A stretch of DNA of 64,000 bases from Eledone cirrhosa. Taxonomy: Eukaryota. Shown piece after piece: positions 1 to 12,323 of this stretch. The translations under genes were made by a program, and so were the position numbers. The notes beneath the pieces are model-generated. The model was given only the letters and a program-made list of their open reading frames with translations, was not told the DNA's origin and searched no databases. Position 1 is the stretch's first letter, and every line of letters begins with the position of its first letter. The DNA is taken from contig OZ024742.1 of the NCBI GenBank assembly GCA_964016885.1, positions 161,820,001 to 161,884,000 of the forward strand, written 5' to 3'.

Positions 1-2055
1 CAGTAGAATAATTAATCATGACCATTCCAATAATTTTAATAAAAGACCTAGATACAAAAACATAATCTGGTATAATGCTCCTTTCTCCATCTCTATTAAT
101 AACAATATTCCTAAATTATTTTTTAGTGCCTTAAATAAATGCTTCCCTCCCTCACATATCTATAGTAAAATATTTAACAAACACACCATCAAATTTTCGT
201 ATTCTACATCCTCCAATATTTCCAACATCATCTCTAAACACAACAATAAAATACTAAATACTAAATCTCTTCCTTCCAATATTGAATTTCATAATAACAG
301 TAATAGTACTCCCGACGTCATTGTAAACCCTAGGCTAACTTCTGTAAACCCAAATACAACGTCAAACACAACTTTGCTAAATGTTCATAATCCAACTCTA
401 AATCAAGAAACTAGTATTCCTATTATTCCTATCGCAAACAACTTCTCCAATCCAATTCCTTCTATAGATAACACTAGATCACTCATTAATAATCTCTCTA
501 ATTGCAACTGCCGCATTAAAAATAAATGTCCTCTCAACAACCATTGTCTCGATAAAAACTTAATTTATGAATGTAAAATTATAACTAGCACCAATTCCTT
601 CACCTATTTTGGCTCCACTTCCACCTCTGTTAAAGCTCGTCTCTATAATCATCATTCATCTTTCAAATACAAACTTAAAAGAACTAACACTGCTCTCTCA
701 GAACTCATATGGTCCTTAAAAGACAAAAACATTAAATATACCATCTTTTGGAAGAAGATTTCTTCTGCATCCTCATACTTGAACAGCTCTCTATCTAAAA
801 TCTGTAATCTCTGCCTAAATGAAAAATTTACCATTATCTCTAACCTAGATTCTATAATAAATAGACGCACAGATTTGTTTTCTATCTGCCTGCATAAATT
901 CCATAGAACTTTTCACAAAGTATACAGTTAATATTCAATTCTTTATCAATTTAGAATCTTTTCTCAAAGGCACATATACATACACCTCTTTAAAATATAC
1001 CCATCTACCTTACTTTAAAGGGCATTATACACTCTATAATACTTGTTTACTCATTACCCTCATTCTATCTTCACCTTGTAAAATCATAACATATACATTT
1101 GTTGTTTTGACATTAAGAATATTCATCCGCAATCATTATTATTTTTTCTCTCTATCATAAATCTTTTTAATCTCAATTTCATCCTTAATTTATTATTATT
1201 TTTTTCTCCCCATCAACGAACTCATTATTAATACATATCAACTCTTTATTCGCATATATTATCAATTCCTTCAATATACAAACTTTAACTTCACATTATT
1301 TTTCTCAAATCCTTCTACACACAAACCTTAATAATTTTCCTCTTCGTTAATTTTGAAATTGCCACAATACATACATTTCTTTTTTTGACGTTAGTATATT
1401 CATCCACAATTATTATTTTTTTCTCTCTATCTTCATACATAATTTCCCTTCGTTAATTTTCAAATTCCTTTAATTTATACATTATCTTCCAACGGTTCCC
1501 AACCTCTCTATGTTAAAACAATATATCTTTTTCTCAGTTATAAAAACTATCTCTTTCTCTCTATCACCCATCTCTCCCTCTCCACCTTCACTCTCATCTC
1601 CTCCCCCTTTTTTTCATCCTTTCCACCACCCCTCCCTAAATAAAATATTTTTTCCTCGCACATATCCTCCCTTCGTTAATTTTCAAAATTTTTAATTTAT
1701 ACATTATCTTCCAACGGTTTTCAACCTCTCTATGTAAAACAATATATCTCCTCTCAGTTATAAAAACTATCTCTTTCTCTCTATCACCCATCTCTCCCTC
1801 TCATCTCCTTCCCTTTTCATCCTTTCCACCCCCCCCCCCTCTCTAAATAAAATATTTTTCCCAATATCACACATCAATCTAAAACCACTTTTCATATGTT
1901 GATTTAAAACTGCACTATCCACAAGTGTTTTTTAGCCTTCATATCATGTTCTCCTGTTTTATCTGATGAAAACACAAATATTATTGCATGATGATGTTTG
2001 TTTTTGAAATGCGCATAATAAAATACATGGAACTCCTTTAACCATCTTTTGATCT
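1..2055 (+). mobile_element. Penelope-like element family A1 (Naiad-type), 3' part: end of RT, Cys linker, GIY-YIG endonuclease (ORF ends 931), 3' UTR with hammerhead
   Basis: NIIWYNAPF at the window start; ORF 374-931 has CNC..CPL..C, LIY..YFG, R..H, CNLC and a CLH tail. UTR has an internal direct duplication (~1440-1660 vs ~1665-1860). Confidence 0.9.
1948..2033 (+). ncRNA. Type I hammerhead ribozyme (PLE-A1)
   Basis: Stem I TTTTAT/ATAAAA; CTGATGA 1963-1969; long stem II; GAAA 2006-2009; palindromic stem III TGCGCA; AUA cleavage triplet. Confidence 0.8.
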
Positions 2056-2159
2056 TATATTATATATTATATATATATATATTATATATATATATTATAT
2101 ATATATATTATATATATATATTATATATATATATATATATTATATATATATATATATAT

Positions 2160-2194
<35 letters not shown>

Positions 2195-2221
2195 ATATAT
2201 ATATATTATATATATATTATA

Positions 2222-2261
<40 letters not shown>

Positions 2262-2358
2262 AATATAATATATATATATTATATATATATATTATATATA
2301 TATATTATATATATATATATTATATATAAATATAATATATATATATTATATATATATA
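2055..2358. repeat. (TA)n microsatellite with periodic TT phase shifts; similar tracts at ~5640-5830, 10538-10820, 14027-14200, 17950-18069, 21252-21552, 39863-40180, 42900-43223
   Basis: Direct reading of the sequence. Confidence 0.95.
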
Positions 2359-2359
2359 T

Positions 2360-5300
2360 GTCCTGGGTATGACATTAAACTACATCCAGTGGCAAGGCTC
2401 CAGTTCGGGAGTTCAGGAGATGTGGGGAATGTGGAGTTACCCCTTAGTTGTCATGACTCCCAGGTCTGCCCTGGCCCGGGGTGGTAGTACCTGTTAGGGC
2501 TCCATTTATGGGTTAAATAACTACCTTATTCGAGTGGCGCCGGTAAGGTATTTTCAGCCATTGAAAAGAAATATGGAGAGTCGATCTAACAGCACTAGGG
2601 TTAGAGCCCCTAATTACACTCTCAAGGAGCAGCCAGGTCATTATGACTCTGCTGGCTTAGAGCCACAGAGAGGGCCAGTGGATGATGGATCAGCTGTCTC
2701 TGAGACAAATATAAAGAATGCAGTTTTGTCCTGCAGAAGAGCCATCAAAATGGGCACTTTGAACGTGAGGACTATTCGAACGCTGGAGAAGAGAGAGGAG
2801 TTGGGACATCTGTTCGAGGAGAGTGGTATACAGATACTTGCGATCCAAGAACACAGGATTCTACACGATGAGCCTGTGAGGAGTGTGATGATCGGGAGGA
2901 AGAGCCAGCTCATCACTACATTGGCAGTGAAGAACACAACAAATGCTGCAGTGGGAGGAGTGGGTTTTGTGTTCAGTGCAAAAACCAATCTGTTGGTGAG
3001 GGAAATAATGCCTATCTCCCCGCGAGTGTTGAGGGTGACCTTCAATGGAAACCCAAGACTGACAGTCATCTCAGCCTATAGTCCAACCGAGGGGGACAGT
3101 GATGTGAATGCGGAGGAGTTCCATGAGGAGGTGTGTAGGGCTGTCAACACCACTCAGGCACACAATATCCTGCTTGTTTTGGGGGACTTCAATGCACATC
3201 TGAGTAAGGAGGGCAGTGAAGATCCTTGCTGGTACTTCCATAACAACACCAACCGAAATGGAAGACTACTGAGAGACACCCTGCTGGAGGCGAACTTGAT
3301 GGCGACCAACCTAAGGTTTAGGAAGAATCTGGGGAAGATGTGGACCTACATCTCAGATATGCACCTGTCCAAGTCCCAGATTGATTTCATTCTGGTGAGG
3401 AAAAAGTGGCGGAATAGTGTTCTGAACACGGAACCATACAGCTATTTCAGTACACTGGGTAGTGACCACCGGCTTGTTATGAGTGAGGTCCGCGTGAGCT
3501 TAAGAAAGAGCAAGGCTCAGCCCCGGAGAACAATCTATGACTGGGGAGCTTTCAAGGAAGATGATAAGCTACAGGAGAGGTTCACAGTGGAAGTGAGAAA
3601 CAGGTTTAGTGCTCTGTGTGGAGAGTAAGAGGAGAGAGAGATTGGATGGACTGAGGAGAGTGTGACGAGGAGGTACGGGCACTTCACCAATGCAGTGGCG
3701 AAAGCAAGTGAAACCCTGGTGCCGAGGAAAAAGAACAAAGGGAAGCACGTCAGCTCTGCAAACCCAAAAGTGTGTGCAGCCAGAGAACACCTGAAAGCTG
3801 CCAGGGACCAATTCTATGCTGATCCTACGGAGGAGAGGATGGAGACTGTGGAGGTGATGAGGGAAGAGCTCTGTACCGCTTACACTGAGGTCAGAGAGGA
3901 GGCACTGATAGAGAAGATCAGAAGTGTGGAGAGAGCGGTTGACAGATCTGGATGTAAGGAGAGCTGGATGATCATCAACGAGATCACAGGGAGGAAGAAA
4001 AGGTGTTCGAGTCAGATCCAGGGAACGGGGCCTGAGGATAGGAAGAGGAAATGGCTAGACCATTTTAGGACCCTACTAGGAGAGCCACCCTCCACAGCCC
4101 AGAGCACTGGGGAGATCAGGCGGCTGTTTGAGGAACTGGATGTTGAGACAGAGCCCTTCACCAGAGAGGAGCTTCAGAGAGCCAAGAAGAAGATCAAGGA
4201 GGGCAAGGCTCATGGAGAAGATGGAGTGGCATCAGAGGTGATGAAGAGGTCTGATTTTGATGATATCATCCTGGGGTTCTGTAACGGGGCACTGGAGAAA
4301 GGAGTTGCCCCGAATCAGTGGAGGATCAGTAACATCGTCCCAGTGCCAAAGAAGGGAGATCTCTCTAACACCAACAACTACCGAGGGATCTCACTGACAT
4401 CACTTGTGGCAAAGACCCTCAACAGGATGATTCTTAACAGGATCCAGCCTGAGATGGAGAAGAAGCTCAGGGACAACCAGAACGGCTTCAGAAAGGATAG
4501 ATCAACCACCAGTCACATCCTGATGCTGAGGAGGATATTAGAGGGAGCTAGAGCAAAGTGCCTTCCTGCGGTCATGGTTTTCATTGACTTTAGGAAGGCC
4601 TTTGATTCTGTGGACCGTTACTGCCTGATGAAGATCTTACAGGCTTATGGAATCCCCAAGAGGATAGTGGACCTAAGTCATTACACCTGATGGGATGACA
4701 GAGTTCTTTGAGATACTGGCTGGAGTGCTCCAGGGAGATACATTGGCTCCCTACCTTTTTATCATCGTAGTGTACTATTGTATGCGCCTTGCACTGGAGA
4801 AACACCAGGACTCTGGCTTTACTGTAGCACCGGCTCAGAGCAGGAGAGTTGGGGCGAAAAAGGTATCGGATGCTGAATTTGCCGACGACATAGTTTTGGT
4901 GACAAATACAGTGAAGGAGGCAGAGGATTTGATGCGGGAGGTTGAGACTGTGTTGATGAGTGTGGCGCTGAGAATGAATGAGACTAAAACAAAATATCTG
5001 GTAGAGAATGTTGAGAAGCCAGAGGGGATCACTAATGTAGGCGGGAAGCTGCTGGAATTGGTTGAGGACTTCCTGTATTTGGGAGCAAAGATTGGGAATA
5101 CGGAGGATGATGTGGTTGAGAGGTAGAGCAAGGCCTGGGCGGCGTGCCACAGTTTGAGATCGGTGTGGAAGTCGGACCTTCGTAGAGACCTGAAAATCCG
5201 CCTCTTCATTGCTGTAGTGGAGTCTGTGCTGCTGTATGGGTCTGAGACTTGGACACTGACCAAGAAACTCACTCAGATGGTGGATGGGTGCTACACGAGA

Positions 5301-5641
5301 ATGCTGAGGATGGCTCTGAACATTAATCAGTATACACTGAGGATGAAAAACTCAGAGCTGTATGGGAGCATCCCAAAAGTCAGCTCAAAAGTGACACAGG
5401 AGACTGAGGTTGGCTGGACATGCTCACCGACATCCAGAGTTGACATTGCACTCAGTGCTCCTTTGGGAGCCCCTACATGGATACATTAGAAGAGGAAGAC
5501 CAAGGTTAACATATGTTGATGCCCTAAGGACAGACACTGGTCTGTTGGAGACGCAGGATATGGCAGCGATAATGAGGGACAGAGACCGCTGGAGAGAACT
5601 CGTCCATGGATCTCGGGAATTTTACCCGCCTTAGATAGATA
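2360..5641 (+). mobile_element. RTE-group LINE (RTE-1; RTE/RTEX-like), near full length, decayed; APE endonuclease + RT; (TAGA)n tail
   Basis: GTLNVRT, IQEHR, GDFNA, SDH in ORF 2534-3628; NYRGISL, QNGFR, DFRKAFDS, QGDTLAP, FADD, YLG; C-terminal GRPR..W. Stop at 3626, deletion near 4680, frameshifts. Confidence 0.92.
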
Positions 5642-5688
5642 TATATATATATATTATATATATATATATATATTATATATATATATAT

Positions 5689-5720
<32 letters not shown>

Positions 5721-5830
5721 ATATATATTATATATATATATATATTATATATATATATATTATATATATATTATATATATATATATTATATATATATATA
5801 TATATTATATATATATATATTATATATATA

Positions 5831-8800
5831 GTAATAATAATAAATTTGAAGACCAAAATCCAAAGAGGGCTCGATAAGGATAAATATATATCAAATATAT
5901 AAGAACCGTAGAGCAAATATTTATTAAAATAACAGATTAAAGTTTAAGCAAAGAATCTCTGCTTTCACCCTTAACGGGTTCTTCTGAAACTAACAAAGTC
6001 AATCTGTAAACGCAGAAGTGGATATTTCAAAAAACGTTGCAACCGGAGGAAGACAGGAAGACGATATTTTGGTTCGTGGAAACGTTCGTTGGCAAAGAAC
6101 GGGAAAAAACAAATAATACGTCATTAATAGGAGCGGTGAAAAACAATTACGCGCAAAGAAAGAACCACGTTTATGGTATAAAAGAGGTCATAGACTAATG
6201 TTCTCTTAGGTGGTGCATAGAGACGTTCTCTGGCAACGAACGAAAAAACGAAGATAATAAGTCATATGTGGAGCGTGGAGAACAATAGCACGCAAAGACA
6301 AAACAACGTAAATGGTATAGCAGAAGTCGTAGACTAAAATTCTAACAAGGAGACCGAATGAATCTCCGCTACAGAGTTAAGAACAAAGTAAATAAATACA
6401 ATACGGAAGTAATAGAAATAAATAAATACATACACGCAAACAAATACGTACATACACAAGCATACGCAAACACTTACCATAGGTATACAAAACCACGCAC
6501 ATATAAATATGTGTGTGTGTGTGTGTATGCGTGTATACAAATAAATAATTATATAAACGTATATAAATAAATAAATACATATATAACAAGCGCACACACA
6601 TACCTACATGTAAATACACGAATGTTCGGAGACGTAAGTCAACCAAAACATGAAGTACACATATACACACACCCTACATACGTACGAACCAGCATACTCA
6701 CACAGACGCAAAACTCCCGTATACACAAAGCCAAACCATATGTACCAGAATATATAAAATTATACGCCATAACATAAACAATCAAATATACGTACGAGAA
6801 GGTATACGTACCTTCACAAAACATACGGGTAATATATACTTACCTATGCAAATAAGTAATGGTATAAACAAAACATATACTTAGCTCCCACATCAAGACG
6901 TAAAATATCCACGTATAGATCGTACTATCCGTTAGGGTATAACATGGGGCTGTAATACAGGAAAGTTTTGTGCAATTTATGTTTACAAGCCGAAATTGCC
7001 TCAGATTTTTTGTTTAAGATGTGGTCTGTGGCGTAGGGTATTTCCAGGGCCTCAGCGGCACAGAGGTCAGATGGTCTTTTATTTCCGTTATACGATCTAG
7101 CCCTAGCTAGGATCTCCCAGTGTAACTTATATTGGGTGTGGTTGTCTTTTAGACTCCAGATATAAGCTGAAAGTGACGTCATATTCCTTCTTATAGGGTA
7201 ACGAAAAGAATGGGTATGCATGTAAAGATGCTGATTGAATCTATTGGCGGTTAACCCTATGTAGGCCCTACGGGATGTGGGTGTTACAACCTTACATTTG
7301 TAGACAATGTTACTAGAGAGGTATTTCCCGGATAGGGGGCAATTAACCCGATTCCTACAATTACAGTTAGTACTAACTACAGGGTTGCACGTGTTTCTAC
7401 GGCTAGGTAGTTTAGCTAAATTGTAAGCTGTGATGTTATGTGCAAGGTTAGGAGTCGTAGAGTAAGAAATTTTAATAGTATTTCTATTAAAAATTTTACT
7501 ATATTTATGTGTAGGGGGAAAATGCTTCGTAATAAGGGAAAGAAAGATCTTAGCTAATGGTGTGGCCACCTCCATATTATATGGTGGGTTATACCAACAA
7601 ATGCGACGGGATCTATTTCTTCTAGGTCTATTTTCATACTCTGTATATGCTACCTTATCGACAAATCCACTTCGAGCAAGAGCTTCATTGTAATAAGTGG
7701 AATGGTCGTTGAAAATGCGCTCGTTGGTGGAAAGACGGGAAAGCCTCAACGAAACGTTTCTTACCAGGTTCTTGGTTATGCTGGCAGGATGGTTGGAATG
7801 CTTACTTATGTAATTAAGCGTATCATTCGGCTTTCTATACGGGTAATTCAACCCATTCAATAAATTGAGGGTAACGTTGAGGTAATTGACGACCGAGAGA
7901 TTGGCCTCAGCCTGTATAGAGAGGTTGAAGCCTTTAAAGAAGGCTGTGAGTTCTTTTCTGAACCTGTCGCAAGCACGAGGTCCGCACTTAGTCATGGTCA
8001 AAAGACCATCGTCACGGTACAAACCACCGCCCGCGTTGGGGAATTCATCCTTGATAGAGAAAAGAAGGAAAAGGCCGATAAGATCAGTAACCTCCGCAGA
8101 ATCACTGGCGCCCATACTAACGTCGAATGGGGTACTATTGGATTTTTTAATCCAAATAGTGTCGTCGAAATTAATTACCGACTTTCGGGCATTGAGGATC
8201 ACATCAACTTCGAAATCCTTAACCACTGTGAGTGTTTTAGCGAAATTGATAGCTCTAAGGAGAAGTGGTAAAGTGATGGAGGAGTAGTAATTGTTGATGT
8301 CGAATTGGATAAAACGGCAATGTTCCTTGTTACATATGCCGTTGAACCAATCAATCACCGCAAAAGAATTGTTCCACAGTGCAAGAGGGGCCAAACTTCT
8401 AATTTCAGGTATAATTCTATCAAGAATCGTTTTACTAAGTTTGCCTAAATCGGACTTCGTAGGGTTAATAAGCCGAATAGAGGGGTTGTTCGGAAAATTG
8501 GATTTGTGATCCTTCAGGGTAAAGTGGGGAGAAAAAGGGTCCAGAGGTTCGGTCCAGGATGTTGAGATCAGATGTGATTTTAAACCCAGCATCGTTGATT
8601 TCATTGATGACGCACCGATTAGTTTTATGGTAATCCTTAGTTACAGCATTATGTAGTAGTTGATGGTAAGTACTGCGCTCCACTTGATATAGGTTGCCAG
8701 TTTTGTCGGAATGGACGTGCACGGCATTAGAATCCTTAATAGAACGAATTCTATTCTTCAGGTCCTGCTGGAAGGAATTGCTCCTATTCCGAAATTTGAT

Positions 8801-8900
8801 ACTCCGAATGAGTTCCAAGACATCATTTTCGAAGGGTAACAATGCTGGGTTACACGGGGGGTTATTATAGGTTTTAAATCCAAATTTATCCTGTTATATG
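5831..8900 (-). mobile_element. Penelope-like element family A2 (Naiad-type), 5'-truncated, one frameshift; RT + GIY-YIG + ~1.1-kb 3' UTR
   Basis: ORFs 8465-8842 and 6925-8604: SDKT, RLINP, FDI, MGA, YRDDGL, WYNPP, CNC..CPL, IVY..YIG. Confidence 0.93.
5932..6007 (-). ncRNA. Type I hammerhead ribozyme, variant core CAGAAGA (PLE-A2)
   Basis: Minus strand: ACAGATTGA..AGTTT-CAGAAGA-ACCC GTTAA GGGT-GAAA-GCAGAG ATT CTTTGC-TT-AAACT TTAATCTGT. Confidence 0.72.
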
Positions 8901-9227
8901 CATAAGGTAAGTATATCCATTCAACAATCTGGCAGGAAGGTATACGTTGCTGACACTGGCTAATAAGCTTGAAACTAGTACAGCGTTCTTTTGTCAGTTT
9001 TGAACAAATGAGCAACGATGGTTGCTGGACACTACAGCTTAATACGGGATGTTTGTTTACAAACACACCAAGCAGTATAATAAATGTTCGGTGAATCCAT
9101 ACATACATATATATATATGTGTGCATGTATGTATATATATATACGTACTACTGTACATCTGTATATATGTATGTACATGTACATACTTATATAGATATAT
9201 ATATATATATTTTATATATATATATAT

Positions 9228-9562
9228 GGAGGCACATGGCTTAGTGGTTAGAGCATTGGCCTTGCAATCGAAAGGTTGTGAGTTCAATTCTCAGACTGGG
9301 TGATGTGTTGTTTCCTTGAGCAAGACACTTTATTTCACATTGCTCCAGTTTACTCAGCTGTAGAAATGAGATGATAGGTACTGGGGTCCATATCATTCCA
9401 CTGTAAAGTGGTCGTGTAGGTGCCACGGTAAAAAAACACCCAGCACTCACTGTAAATGAGGTTGGTGTTAGGAAGGGCATCCAGCTGTAGAAATCAAGCC
9501 AGAATCAGTTCCCGTCCCACCCTTGCAAGCAGGGAAAAGCAGATGTAAAATGATGATGATGA
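9228..9562 (+). mobile_element. tRNA-derived SINE with CORE-like middle and RTE-derived 3' part, (GAT)n tail
   Basis: A box TGGCTTAGTGG (9237), B box GAGTTCAATTC (9280); CCTTGAGCAAGACACTT resembles the CORE domain; 9400-9510 matches the RTE-B 3' UTR and 9512-9550 matches the RTE-A end. Confidence 0.85.
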
Positions 9563-9704
9563 TATATATATATTATAGATATATATATATTATATATATA
9601 TATTATATATATTATATATATATATTATATATATATATATATATATATTATAATAATATATATATTATATATATATATTATATATATATATATATATATA
9701 TTAT

Positions 9705-10538
9705 AATAAATTTATAATAAATTTATAAATTTATAAATTTATGGATGGTTGGTTACACAACCAGATAGTTGTTTTTATATTGTCATAGTTCTTTCGTCAC
9801 ACACTCTGTGACCTCTTCTTTGTTTCTGTGCCTCTCCTTTGTTCTGTCCTACGCCATTTTGTTTCTGTGTGTGTGTTGTGTGCTCAGTCTGCGCATGTGC
9901 CACATCCGGGTGTCTGTGTGTGTTTATGTGCATTTATTTATTTGTTTATTTACATGTTACTAGTTGGTTGTTTGTTCTATGTGTGTGTGTGTTTTCATTT
10001 TGTCCTTAATTGTAAGTTGTGATGTTGCTGTTCCACTCATATTTTCTATTTAATTTTGGTTGTAATTCTTTTATGTTTATTGCCTCTGTAATTTGTCTAA
10101 ACATTAATCAGTATACACTGAGGATGAAAAACTCAGAGCTGTATGGGAGCATCCCAAAAGTCAGCTCTAAAGTGACACAGAGGAGACTGAGGTTGGCTGG
10201 ACATGCTCACCGACATCCAGAGTTGACATTGCACTCAGTGCTCCTTTGGGAGCCCCTACATGGACACACTAGAAGAGGAAGACCAAGGTTAACATATGTT
10301 GATGCCCTAAGGACAGACACTGGTCTGTTGGAGATGCAGGATATGGCAACGATAATGAGGGACAGAGACCGCTGGAGAGAACTCGTCCATGGATCTCGGG
10401 AATTTTACCCGCCTTAGATAGATAGATATTAGACAAATTACAGAGGCAACATTAGACAAATTACAGAGGCAATAAACATAAAAGAATTACAACCAAAATT
10501 AAATAGAAAATATGAGTGGAACAGCAACATCACAACTT
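9705..10538. mobile_element. Chimeric insertion: PLE-B 3' end (minus, ~9705-10104), RTE-1 3' fragment (plus, ~10099-10427), inverted PLE-B piece (plus, ~10428-10538)
   Basis: Matches to 55660-56068/60460-60890 and to 5318-5640; AACATT microhomology at the first junction. Confidence 0.85.
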
Positions 10539-10746
10539 ATATATATATAAATTATATATATATATTATATATATATTATATATATATAAATTATATATAT
10601 ATATTATATATATATTATATATATATATATATATATTAGATATATATATATATATTATATATATATTATATATATATATTATATATATATTATATATATA
10701 TTATATATATATATATATTATATATATATATATATTATATATATAT

Positions 10747-10777
<31 letters not shown>

Positions 10778-10820
10778 ATATATATATATATATTATATAT
10801 ATATTATATATATATATATA

Positions 10821-12008
10821 TCTGTCATCTGGTGGTCCCTAAGGAAGCTAGGTGTTGAGGAATGGCTTGTGAGGACAGTGAAAACTTTGTACAGAGGTAC
10901 TTACAGTAAAGTCAGGGTAGGAATGGAGTTTAGTGAGGAATTCCAGATACAAGTAGGAGTACATCAGGGTTCGGTCCTCAGCCCGCTCTTGTTCATTATA
11001 GTCCTCCAAGCCATAACAGAGGAGTTTAAGAATGGCTGTCCATGGGAACTTCTCTATGCTGACGATCTGGTTCTTATAGCAGAATCAGTAGAGGAGCTAG
11101 AGAATAAATTCTGGCTATGGAAACAGCAGTTGAAAGCAAGAGGACTGAGAGTGAATCTAGCTAAGACAAAAGTTTTGATGAGTAGAAAAGAGGACAAAAC
11201 CCTGATTCCGTCAGGGAAATGGCCATGTTCGATATGCAGAAAAGGAACTGGCATAAATTCTATAAAAGGCACAAAATGCAGATCCTGGGTACACAAGAGA
11301 TGTAGCGGGATAGCAGGCAAACTAACAGGTAGGGAGAAATATGTATGCAGTAGATGTACAGGGAAATTAGACAGTAGAAGTGGTGGATAGCTTCCGGTAC
11401 CTAGGAGATCAGATTAGCATGGGAGAAGGGTGTTCCGAGGCTATAGTGTCTAGAATAAGGACGGGTTGGAAGAAGTTTAGGGAGCTGCTTCCTCTGTTGA
11501 AGAAGAAGGGTTTCTCCCTGCGTACGAAAGGCCGGTTGTATGATGCCTGTGTGAGGAGCGCGATGCTGCATGGTAGTGAGACATGGGCAGCAACTGCAGA
11601 GGATATGCGACGGCTGGAGAGAAATGAGGCAAGCATGCTCCGTTGGATGTGCTGTGTAAATGTGCGTGAATGACCCAGCATAAATGTGTTGAGAGAGAAA
11701 CTGTGTCTGAGAGGGATAGAATGTAGTGTACGGGAGAGGAGACTGAGGTGGTATGGACATGTGATGCGCATGGAGGATGACCGATGGGTGAAGAAGTGCC
11801 AGGAATTGCCAGTTGAAGGAAGACGTGGTAGAGGTAGACCACGAAGAACATGGGCGGAGGTGGTGAGAACAGACCTCAGATCATTGAAGCTCACGGTGGA
11901 GATGACGAGGGACCGTGACGAGTGGAGAGATATTGTGCTGAATAAGACCCGTCCCACCCTTGCAAGCAGGGAAAAGCGGACGTAAAATGATGATGATGAT
12001 GATGATGA
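10821..12008 (+). mobile_element. RTE-clade LINE family RTE-A, 5'-truncated, with internal deletion and stop; (ATG)n tail
   Basis: GVHQGSVLSP, YADD, Cys/His finger, FRYLG, RLRWYGH, GRPRRTW; tail directly follows the stop codon. Confidence 0.92.
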
Positions 12009-12011
12009 TAT

Positions 12012-12061
<50 letters not shown>

Positions 12062-12106
12062 ATTATATATATATATATATTATATATATATATATTATAT
12101 ACATAT

Positions 12107-12188
<82 letters not shown>

Positions 12189-12193
12189 CATAT

Positions 12194-12236
<43 letters not shown>

Positions 12237-12278
12237 ATATATATATATATTATATACATATATATATATATAATATAT

Positions 12279-12321
<43 letters not shown>

Positions 12322-12323
<2 letters not shown>

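Noticed and set aside
9228-9300. Functional tRNA gene
   Set aside because: A and B boxes are present, but stems pair poorly and the sequence continues into a SINE body and tail.
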